A stretch of 64,000 nucleotides of DNA. Origin: Lama guanicoe. Taxonomy: Eukaryota. The position numbers were made by a program, and so were the translations under genes. The stretch's first letter is position 1, and the number at the start of each line of letters is the position of its first letter. Where the stretch lies: the NCBI GenBank assembly GCA_013239625.1, contig MU054338.1, positions 4,998,724-5,062,723 on the forward strand, in the 5' to 3' direction. Below, piece by piece: positions 1 through 11,400 of the stretch. The notes beneath the pieces are model-generated. The model had not been told where the DNA came from and did not search any database. It saw only the letters and a list, made by a program, of their open reading frames with translations.

Positions 1-180
1 ATTTTTCTTTCTCTTTCTGGCTTACTTCACTTAGTATGACGATCTCTGGATCCACCCATGTTGCTGCAAATGGCATTATTTTATTCTTCTTTATGGCTAA
101 GTAGTATTCCAGTGTATATATACACCACATCTTTTTTATCCAGTCATCTGTCAGTGGACATTGATGTTGTTTTCATGTCT
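1..180 (-). mobile_element. LINE-1 3' fragment (antisense), truncated by the window start
   Basis: Typical L1 ORF2-end/3'UTR text read antisense (cttacttcacttagtatga...catgttgctgcaaatggcattatt...tagtattcc...ccagtcatctgt). Near-identical wording occurs at 22440-22570 and 53900-54070. Confidence 0.85.
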
Positions 181-199
181 CATAGGATTTTATATAATC

Positions 200-1400
200 A
201 AGAAAACACTGTTTGTTCTGTGTGTGTGTGTGTTTGTGTAGTTGTCAATGCACAAATTCACTTACTTATATTCCCTTACATGGAATTCACTCACCAGGTC
301 TCACTAACATATGACACTCTAGATGCACACAAATACCTAGCTTTACACACCCACAAACACAAACACTAGTGCATTCACAGTTACACACAGCTGAGGGGCA
401 CACAGCAGATGTTTTGACAAAAGCACTGCAGAACACACAAGCAAATATTAAACAAATACCCATAAATTGGGGCTCATTTACAAATATACCCAATAACACC
501 CACACAATTGCACTCGTGTACACAAAGCTGTGCTCATACACACAAAATATATTCACACACACACCTCCTTGTCCACATACACAATCAGAATCGATATATC
601 ACACACACACAGAGATTTGCTCATACAGATAAGCAGTTCCCAGGTAAATATGCACGCTTGCTCTCTCACAAGTGCATCCAGAAATGTGTTCTTACACAAC
701 CATACCCACTTCTGTGGTTTCCACACCCTGCCACACCACTTTAGGTTCATATCATTCACTCAAAGGCAGTCACCCACAAATACACTCACACGTAAATACA
801 CATATATGCACAAAACACCTTCCAAAATGGCTCACACCCATGTGCACACAACCACACTCATATATACCAGTGCACCTGGACAGAAGTACGACCCCACCTG
901 CACACAGTTGGAGCTCTGCCCCAACAAATTCTGTTGATACCACCAACGCACACGCAGACATTGGCAAATATACCCAGTAACAGCCATTCAACCACACTCA
1001 TGGATACAAGCAGTCACGCTCCTGCATACACACTCCCAGTTTCTCTCACTTACTCCTTCATCGACATTAATCATGCCCAGATACAAAACACAAGTACGTT
1101 TAGATGCTCACAAATACGCACACTCACAAATGCACTAACAAAACGCAGTTAGACACGCACCACTCCTATAACCTCAGGACGATGACACCTATACAATACA
1201 GCTCCCTGTACACACAACACACATCAAAAACAAGGGCACACACCACGCGGTCACGCTCTCACAGATACGCCCACGCAGACACCCTCAAATACACTCCTTC
1301 ACCACCCAAACACGTCCAGAGACGCGCGCATTGATAAGAATACAGACACGCGTTCTTGTACGCTCATAAGACACAATCAGAAACAGGTGCACCCGCGTGC
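200..1400. repeat. Degenerate CA/ACAC-rich low-complexity tract
   Basis: Dense imperfect ACAC/CACA runs with strong A+C bias on the + strand. The ORFs here are His/Thr-rich artefacts. Confidence 0.75.
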
Positions 1401-2400
1401 ACGCTGCCTCCAGGCCGGGAATGACCGGCTCACACTCACATCGAAGGAGGCACACTCGGGCAGGCGCACACTCCCGCAAGCGGAGGCTCCCTCATCCTCC
1501 CCGGTGCGCGCGCGCACACGCGCACACACGCACGCGCGCACACACATGCCTCCGCAGCCTTCCCCGCCACCACCGCAGTCTGGGCCCGCCCCACCCTGCG
1601 GCGAGGGGAGAGGCGAGGCGAGGGGACCGGGTCGGGGGCCAGGGCCGGGGGCGGGGCGCACCTGGGCTCCGCCCCGGGGCGGGACCGACGCTGCGTCGTG
1701 AGCGCGAGCGGCCGCACCTGGCTCTGCGGCGGCGGCGGCGGCGTTGGTGGCGGCGGCGGCGGGCCCGGTCCGGGTGCGAGCGCGGCGCAGCCCAGCCCGA
1801 GAGAGCGCGGAGCCGGCGCCCGCAGCCCCGGCGCCGCCATGGTGGAGGCGGCGCCCCCCGGGCCCGGGCCGCTGCGGAGGACCTTCCTGGTGCCTGAGAT
1901 CAAGTCCCTGGACCAGTACGATTTCTCGCGGGCCAAGGCGGCAGCTAGCCTGGCGTGGGTGCTGCGGACCGCGTTCGGGGGCGCAGGTACCGGGCCGAGG
2001 GTTGGGGGGGCGGCAGGTGCGGGGGGCGGGGCGCCACGCCGGGGAGGCCGGGGCCGTGGGAACAATAGCGCCGGCCGCCGGGGGTCCCCGGGCCCAGGCC
2101 GCTGCGCGCCGGGCCTCTGGGCTTCCTGCTCCGCCCGGGCCCTGGACTTTGCCCGCCCGGCTGCGGGAGCGAGGTGGGGGTGGGGCCGCCGGCCCGGCCT
2201 CTCGCTGGGACCCGGGCGTACCGGCCCCCAGGTGAGCCACGCAGGGTCTGCGGGCCGGGTGGTGTCTCCCGGTGCGGGCCTTGCCTGGCACGCCCTCCCC
2301 CTCTTGACACACATCACGCGCCTGCGAGGACCCCCGCCCACGTCCAGGGCCCCTGACACACACCCCGCGTCCGCCCTGCCTGCGCTGCGGGCGGCGAGGG
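1400..2400 (+). promoter_or_regulatory. CpG-island promoter and 5'UTR of CAMSAP3
   Basis: Very high CpG/GC density, GC boxes (GGGGCGGGGC near 1648-1657, CTCCGCCCC near 1667), an interrupted GGC repeat at 1728-1760, and a strong Kozak GCCGCCATGG at 1833-1842. Confidence 0.85.
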
Positions 2401-5400
2401 GAACTCCGGGAACCCCCCCCCTCTTTGGCCTTCATGGCTCCGGCCAGCGGCTGGCAGCTGTGACTTACTGCCCCATTTTGCCTAGGAGGCGGGCGAGCCC
2501 AGGAGAAGGGAAATGGCTTATCCAAGATCGTGAGGGATGGGGGCCCAGGTGCGGGGCCTTCTCCCGGTTCCTCCCCCAGGCCCACACGTGTGAACTCGGG
2601 CCACCCCAGAGGCCAGGATGCGGGTGGGTCCCTAGGATATTCCAGGCCCTGGGCAGGCTCAGTCATGGCCCCATGCCAGAGCTGGGAGCCAGGGCCTGGC
2701 CATGGGGAAGATGAGTTAATTAAGGTTTGGGCCTTCAGGGGGGACGCCCTACCTTCCCACTGGTCCTTCCCACTGCTCTTGGCACCAGCTGGGCACAGCC
2801 CATCCCCCTTTCCGTGGCCTTCCCAGATCAACCTGTTCTGGGTGTGGGTCTTGGTGACAGCTGTCCGTCTCCTGGTTCCGCCCTAGCCTGTCTCTCCCCA
2901 TGTCTTTCCCTACACCCTCCCATTGCAGAGCTCACTCTGAGGCCCACTTACCCCCAAGGATCTGCTTGAGAAAGAGAGGGGATGAGTGGGGAGAAACCCA
3001 GATCTGCCCCAGTCCCTCATATCCCAGGTTATGAGGCCACAGAGGACTCCACTTTGGGAGTTTTGGGGTTTGAATCCAAGCTCCACCAGAATGTGGATGA
3101 ATTATCTAAGCTTCTGTCTACACCTCTGTAAAAGATGGCATTTGTTCATTTATTTATCCATTTCACAAATGTCCAGGAGGCATCCACTAAAGGCCAGGAC
3201 AGTGCTGGGGTGATTGGGGTCCCAGTACCTTCCTCACAAGGTTTCTTGAGAGAAACTGACTACAGAATTCTTCCCACTGTGTCTGGAACACAGTACACGC
3301 TACGTGGATCTCGCTATGCTGCTGCTGTGATTGGTGTTTTTTTTTTATTAATAATTACATTCATCCATCCTGGCCAGGGGACAGAACCGAAATTAATATT
3401 CCATTTTGCAGAAAGACAAGTGAGGTCCCCTGAGGAGGTGCCCTGACTCACCCACTTCTATTCTCACTGACCCAGCTCCCTGTGTTGTGTGACATCCTCT
3501 CTGAGGTTCAAGTTCAATCTGCCCCCCACCCATTTTTCTCTGCACAAAGGGGGATTGAGGAAGGTGGGACACCCTGAGAAGGAAGTGGGGAGCAGAGCGC
3601 TGCTTGGTTCATGAACTCTGGGACTCTTCACTGATGCCTGTTGAGTGTTGGGCCAGTGCCAGGCACTCAGCATAGAGAGGATGGGGATGGACTCCGGAGA
3701 GGGGGGGATGGGCTTGAAACCAGATCTTTGCACTTAGAGTGACAAAGTCTGTGATATAGAGGCGGTTAGCGCAGGGGCCCAGGGGAGGAAATCCCTGAAA
3801 TCTTCCAGGGAGAAGAGGAGAAGGGAAGGCTCCTAAGAGGAGGGAGCATTTGAACTTTGAAGGGTGTGTAGGAGTTTGCCAGGGGAGAGAAGACCACGCA
3901 CAGACCTGGGTGTGGACCAACAGGGAGTTCTCCGAGAAGATTGTGCAGGTCCTCATGGTGGCCGGGAGAGCAGGGAGTTGAGGGAGGCTGGGGAGACTCA
4001 GGAGGCCCTCTCAGGCTGTGGATGGGGATCCAAGGGCACTGGGGAGCCACAGAAGGTGTTTGAGGACTGACAAGATGAGATCAGATCGTACAGTTGCCTG
4101 GGGGGAATAGTGGCTGGAGGGAGGGAGTCCTGGTGACCCCAGGGCACAGGTGTGAGGATGCTGGGCAGGAATGCAGCGGGGGAGGCGCTCTGCAGAATTC
4201 TAGCTCAGAGATAAGAAAGGGTACCATCTTTCAGTGAGTTTGGGAAGCACCACGTGCAGTCCCTCATGCCTCCAGGACATCTGTGTGATGCATAGGGAAC
4301 TAGGGTTCCGTCTGGCACCAGCGCCACCATTTACTAGCTGTGTAATCTTGGCCAAGTTATCTTAGCTCTCTGGGCCTTGGTTTTCTCATCTGTACAATGG
4401 ATAAGAATACATCACGTAAGGAGCCAATGACGAATGCGTGTGCGAGGTGTAGGGGTGTCACGAGAGCTGGCTGTGCTTTAGCCATGCTGCCCAGTACGGT
4501 AACCACGCGGGCTACATGGCTGGTCTGAACTTTGAGGAGCTATAAATGTAGAATACACAGTGGCTTCTGAAGGCTTGGTACAAAAAAGAAAATGTAGAAT
4601 AGCTTGTTAATAATGTTTTTATATTGGTTGCATGTTGAAATGATAATATCTTGGATACACACTGGGTTAAAGATATTGCTAAGTTAATGTTTGTACTTTT
4701 TTTTTTAATGGGGCTACTAGAAAATTTTAAACAGTCTGTGGCTCGCATTGTATTTCTATCAGACAGTACTGGCCGACAATAGCAGGTGCTCAGTATACGT
4801 TTTACAGTGGAGAGCGGTGGATGGCAACTGAGGATGAGTTTGCCTCTTAGGGGACATTTGGCAGTGTCTGGAGACATTTTTGGTTGTCACTGCTTGGGAG
4901 GAGGGGGCTTAGCATCTAGTGAGGAGAGACCAGAGATTCTGCTAAACATCTTACAGCGCACAGGGCAGCACTCCCCCTCCACCCCACCCCACCAATTCCC
5001 TGTTCCCCCAGCCCCACTGAACACAAAATTATCCAGCCCTGGTCGTCACTTGCGCCGAGGCAGAGACATCCTCGTACAAGTCAGTATTTGATAAACATTA
5101 GCTATCGGTAGCTCTAACTCAAGTTGTTGCCTCCAAGGCCCTGACAAGTCCTGCAGGAAAGAGACTTGTTTAATTTTGCTGATGGGAGCAGGAAATGACC
5201 AGGGGCTGGAGAGAGAGGGAGGGAGGAGTGTTTGGCTTCAGGGGATGCCAGAAGTTGAAACCAGCTGACTGACTGGATGCTGGAGTAGGGAGAGTGAAGG
5301 ATGGCGATCTCTCCCGGGCAATGGGGACAGAGAGAGAAAGAGCAGGTCTGGGGCAAGATGCTCAGGATTATGGGTGATGCACAAAGGGCAGTGGGACACA

Positions 5401-8400
5401 CTGCCTGGGCTGCAGCAGGTGGCAGCGCTCAGATGGCCATGGAAGCCATCACAGTGGCAGGGGGCCTGTCTACTGACAAGGCTGCTGGGACAGTGCTGTC
5501 AGGAGCCTGGCATTGAAGAGGCATATGGGGTGGAGGCCCAGCTTGAGTGGTGGGAGAGAGAAAACGATGGGATGCTGGGAGACGCCAGGGGGAGGAAGGC
5601 TTCCAGAAGGAGGTGCTCGGCTGGGAGCCCAGGGGAGATAGTGGGCATTGGAATGCCCCAGCTGGCCTTGGGGAAGCTGGAGCTAGGAGGTCAGGGGCAG
5701 ATCAGGGAGGTTGGGGTGGGGGTAGGGTGCAGGACAGGGAACCTGCAGAACTCTTCTTTCTGAGCTGAGAGGGGCAGCAAGACCAACTATACTCAGGGGA
5801 TGGGAGTTCTGTGGGAACGTCACGTGTGATATTAGGGGGTGGGGAAAGAGTGGGAGGGGGCAGGCAGGGGCTGAAGGCAAGGATGCCTGGGTCATTGTAG
5901 GTGAGGGCATGGGCCTCTGAGGAGCATTGCTGTGAAGACAGACACCTGAGAAAGGCTTGGCACGTCATGTTCAAATATTTTTAAGCAACACACTCAGACC
6001 CCAGTATACAAAGCAGCAACTCATGAAGGCAGACTCACCCACACTGGCCTCAGTCACCTCCTCCTCTGCGTCCCGGATCTTCTTTCTGCCCAGATCAGCT
6101 TGTTCTGATCTTTCTCCTCCCCACCCTTGGGTCCTACTTGGTTGGGGCTCTGCCCCCGCCGCCCCCTCCTTCCCTCCACATGGGGCCTCCTCAGGCCTCT
6201 TCCTGCCCTGTCGCTCTATTTCAGGTGAGGGAGGAGGCAGGGTTTTCGCGGTTGCCTCTAAGCCCAGCCCCTCCTGTACCCCCGTCTTTCCCCTCACATG
6301 GGCGGAGCCCTGGTGCTTCTCTCCCCCTACCCCTGCTCCCTTCAGGCACCAGGTTCAGATCCCCCCCAAGATGTCTGCAATCTGTCCACCTCCCCCATTC
6401 CATGCCCTGATAGCCAGCTCCCCACTGCACAGTTCATCCCACCCCAGCGTCCAGGCTGAGAGAGGGTATAGTCTGCTTAAGGCCTGGGTTTGAATCCCAG
6501 TCCCAGCGTTGAGCTGTTTGGCCTTAAGCAGGTTACTTTCCTTCTTAGTGCCTAGGTTTCCTCATCTGTAAAGCCAAGGTACCGCTTGTGCCCAGGCTGC
6601 TTCTTCCTGGGGCCGTTGTATGGCAAACCGGCTCCCCGTGAGTGGTGTGGGGCACCCTAGGGGACGGATTGAGCGGTATTGTCTTTGTTACAGTCCTGAG
6701 GTGAGGGGAGAGGGGTGGGGACAAGGGCCCGCCCATCTGGCCTCCGTGCCCCGTCCCCTCCGGGTCCGGGAGCCCGCCATCTCCCCGCAGCGTCGTGCTC
6801 TCCCAGCTGCTCGCCTTAGTGTGCAGAGCCCCCCCCCGGAACACCGGCACCCCTCCCTCAGGTAGACTCCCCTACTAGCCCGTCCTGCTCCCCTCCCCTT
6901 AACTGAGGCCTGTGATGGTGTGTGTGGAGGAGGGTTGTGCCGGTGGCCCTGACCCTCCGTTACCCGCAGAGCATGTGCCCTCGGAGCTGTGGGAGCCCTT
7001 CTACACCGACCAGTACGCGCAGGAGCACGTGAAGCCCCCGGTGACGCGGCTGCTGCTCTCGGCCGAGCTGTACTGCCGGGCCTGGCGCCAGGCGCTGCCG
7101 CAGCTCGAGACACCCCCCAGCCCCTCTGCGCTGCTGGCCCTGCTGGCTCGGAGGGGCACGGTGCCCGCGCTGCCCGAGCGCCCCGTGCAGGAGGCCGACC
7201 TGAGGCACCAGCCTATCCTCATGGTAGGCCCCGCCCCTGCCCACTCAGCCCCGCCCACCAGGTCTGGCCCCTCCCTCCAAGCCTGGTTCTGCCCCGAAGG
7301 TGGTACTCTGGACCCCAGGTCTTGCCTACATGGTCCATCAGGTCGCAAGGCCCAGTTTGTGACTTCAAAGCCTGGCCATTCCACTGCGAGCCCCTCCTAG
7401 CTCCGGGTTCTTGGGAGGCGGAGGGGAGCCTCCAGCCCCATCTCCGGTCTCACCCTTCAGCCCTTGCCCCCACAGGGAGCCCACCTAGCTGTCATTGATG
7501 CCCTCATGGTTGCCTTCGCCTTCGAGTGGACAAAGACACTGCCTGGTCCCTTGGCCCTGGCCAGCTTGGAGCACAAGCTCCTTTTCTGGGTGGACACGGT
7601 AGGTAGAGTTGGGTGAGACAGACCAGCAGAGGGGGGAGGCCAGGATCGCCCAGACATTGAAGCACTGACCTCTGCCTGCTCCGCAGACCATCCGGCGGCT
7701 GCAGGAGAAGACAGAGCAGGAAGCTGCCCAGAGAGCATCCCCCGCGGCCCCTGCAGATGGGGTGGCCCCAGCCCAGCCCTCGGTGAGGCTGGGGCAATGG
7801 ATGGGCAGAAAGAAGGACAGACCCTCGAGGGCTGGGTGACAGGGTGGGGCTGCACCTCGAGGCCATTCCTGCACTGGGGGCTGGAGGTGACTCTGTCTCT
7901 CTCTCTCTGTGCCCTTTCCCCTCTGCCCGCTCCCGCCACTCTCCCTCTGTCTCTGTGGCATCAGTGCCCCACACGCTGGTACTGGAAGCTGGTTCCTGTA
8001 AGTGGGGCCATCTCTCTGCCCCGTCTGCCTGCCCTGCTGGTCGCTCTGTCTGTCTGTGTGTCTGTTTCTGCCTGCCTGTCCTGCGCCCTCTCCTACCTCC
8101 CCTCAGATGTGAGCAAAGGAAGTGGGACCCCAGCCCTGAGGGGCAGAGAGAAACCCTCTGGGGACCACAGGAAAAGGGGAATGTGCTGCTAACCAAGAGG
8201 ACAGACTTCTCTGCGGTTACCTGACAGGGATGACCCTCCCCTCCCGTGAATCAGGAGGGCAGAACACCCTCAGCTTGTCCACCTCAGCTGAGGTGAGGAG
8301 ACCTCTGCTGCTTCTGAAGGGAGGTCCCCAGCCCACCAGACACATGGATCTTGAGCCCACCAGGCAGGGCACATGGAGAAGATCCTGCTAGCGAAAAGGA

Positions 8401-11400
8401 AGACCTTCAAACCCAAAAGAGGGTAGAACCTTCCAGAGACTCCAGCTTCCCTAAAAACAGCTCCCAGCTCCCAGATTTGGGGGGAGGGGATGTCCATCCC
8501 TGATGTGCAGTGATGGGGGTGCCCACTGCAGGTGGGGTGAGACTTTGGGCTGAAGTCCCTGCCTTTGCTCACTTCAGAGTCTCCTCCCCCAACCGTGGGG
8601 GCCTGGGATGGGGGTTCTTCTCCTTTGCCTACCTGCTTCCTCTGCATCCCCTTCCCCAGCTGGGGCCTGGGTCTTTTGGGGGGAGAGGAATCCCTGCATG
8701 AGAGGCTGCTCTGTGGGGTCCCTCCGGGCTGGGAGGAGCTGGGGTCCCCAAAGCCGGCCAGAGCCCAATCGGAGCTGGATGGCCAGGGCTCAGGATGGGG
8801 TCAGGGCTCTCTCCCCCTGGAGGTGCGCTTGGGGGCCCAGCAAGTCAGCACCCCTCCTGCCCTGCTGACGGCTGCTCCTCTCCCCCCCCAGCACGCAATT
8901 GCCTTCTGTTTGAAGGAGTCGGGGAGCAAACCCCCCATGGTAACGTATCCCCTGCCCCAGGGTCCCAGGAGTCCCTGCCCTCAGCCCCTGCTGCTGGCCT
9001 GGCTGCTCGCAGACACCTCCTCTGCCTCTTGCTGCTGCCCTTCCCCTGCTCCAGGCTGGCCCCCCACTCTGGCTCTGGGACCCCCTGGCTTCACGCCCCC
9101 TCATGGCGGAAACCCCAGGCCTCCCCATCCAGCCTGCATGACTGCTGACCTGGAGGCCAGCCTGACCCCTGACCTGACCCAACTCCCACCCACAGATCCG
9201 ATATCGCAAGGACCGGGCCGTGGCCCGACGTGCCCCCTGCTTTCCGACCGTGACCAGCCTCCAGGACCTGGCAAGTGGGGCTGCGCTGGCCGCCACAATC
9301 CACTGCTACTGTCCCCAGCTCTTACGACTCGAGGGTGAGTGAATGGGCCTGAGCCAGCCCCTGTCCTAGGCGTTGGCCTCTGTCCCTGGAGTAGTGCAGT
9401 GATTATGAGTACAGTTCCCAGAATTGGCAGACCTGGGTTTGAACCTCTCTTCCTCTAATTAGCTGTGTGACCTTGCACAAGTGTCTAAACCTCTCTGTGC
9501 TTCATACAATTCATTCCTGCAGCAAGTATCGATAGCGTGAGAACTGTGTGCCAGATCCTGTTTTAGGCAGCAGAGGTCCAGCCAGAACAATACAGACATG
9601 CTCCTGACCTCAGGCTACTCACGGCCTAGCTGGGCAAGAAAGACAATAAATTCATCTAGAGGAGAGTTCTGGATGTTGGGTGGGCAAGAAAAGCTTATGG
9701 AGTTGAGTTCTTTGGAGATTAGCGCTCCAGGCGGTGGGACGAACAGATGCAGAGGCTTGAGGAACGCCCTCTCACAGTGGCCACCTTGTGAAAGGGGCCC
9801 AGCACGAGGCCCTGCTCTTAAGCAGTCCTCCACAGGTGCTGGCTGCTGGGCCCTCGCTTCCCCGGGGCCCCGTCCTCCTTCCCTTAGAGTCGGGGACCCA
9901 GGCATCCTGTCCCTACAGAGGTGTGCCTCAAGGACCCCATGTCTGTGGCGGACAGCCTGTACAACCTGCAGCTGGTGCAGGATTTCTGTGCCTCCCGCCT
10001 TCCTCGGGGCTGCCCGCTGTCTCTTGAGGACCTGCTCTATGTCCCACCGCCCCTCAAGGTAAGGCCATCTTGGGGACTCCTTGGGTAAAGGCGGGGGTCC
10101 AGGGCTGTGGGGGTCCTGTTGGCTGACCCTGCCTTCCGCCTCCAGATCAACCTGATGGTGCTGCTAGCAGAGATGTTCATGTGCTTTGAGGTGCTGAAAC
10201 CCGACTTTGTGCAGGTCAAAGATCTGCCTGATGGTCATGGTGAGGCCTGGCCCCAGGTTCCGGGCTAGGGGGCTGGGAGGGGAGGCCAAGCCCTGCCTGA
10301 CCCTCCCCTCTGTGCTGCAGCCGCCTCCCCGAGGGCCACAGAGGCCTCTCCCCCTCAGAACACCAGCGGCAGCAGGTATGGTTCCCTGATTGGTTTCAGG
10401 CTGCGTGGCTGGGACGGGCTCCTCCTCCCGCTGGGACGAGGGCAGAGGGATGCTCTGGTCTCTACTCCCGGGAGAAGAGGGGTGGGAGCCTTTGACTGAT
10501 GCTCATCTCTTGGCAGTTCTCCTGTCTTCAACTTCCGCCACCCACTTCTGTCACCCGGCGGCCCCCAGTCCCCACTCCGTGGATCCACAGGTGAGGGCAG
10601 GGGGATGGCTTCTCACTGGAGACCCCCACCCAAAGACTGCCCCAGCTGACCTCTTGCTGTCTCTCATGAGTCCTCCATTGGGTCCCGCTGGCACCTGAAT
10701 GACTCCTTGGTGATACTCATTGACCCCCACAGTGACCTTCCCAGTGGCTCAACAGAACCCCCTAGTGACACCAAATGGCCCCCAGCTATCCATTCACATA
10801 ATGACCCATCAGTGACTTACCCAGTGACACCCCATGGCTGACCCCACCCAGGGTCCCCAGTGACCCCATAGTGACCACTGCCTGACTACTCCCCACCCAC
10901 CCCTAGGCTCACTGAAGTCCTCCCCGTCCATGTCCCATATGGAGGCCCTCGGGAAGGCCTGGAACCGTCAGCTAAGGTGAGCACCTCGCAGGGGCCCGGG
11001 TGTTGGAGCAGGTGGGGTTAGGGTGGGATTCAGCTTGTCCCAGGGGCTGACCCCTCCCTCCGGCCGCCCAGCCGTCCCCTTTCCCAGGCTGTGTCGTTCA
11101 GCACCCCCTTTGGCCTGGACAGCGACGTGGATGTTGTCATGGGAGACCCTGTCCTGCTCCGCTCGGTCAGCTCAGACAGCCTGGGCCCCCCACGCTCCGT
11201 GCCAGCCCGGACCCCTGCCCAGCCATCCCCGGAGACTGGTGACCTGCCCACCATTGAGGAGGCCCTGCAGATCATCCACAGTGCCGAGCCCCGGCTGCTC
11301 CCGGATGGGGCTGCTGACGGCAGCTTCTACCTCCACTCCCCTGAGGGGTCCTCCAAACTGCCGCTGGCTTCCCCCTACCCACCCGAGGGATCCTCAAAAC

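Noticed and set aside
58..1334. Many His/Thr-rich or Val/Cys-rich ORFs
   Set aside because: They are translations of CA/TG low-complexity sequence.
1377..2831. 484-aa minus-strand ORF and other long overlapping ORFs at the CAMSAP3 5' end
   Set aside because: These are stop-poor CpG-island artefacts, Pro/Gly/Arg/Ala-rich with no recognisable domain.
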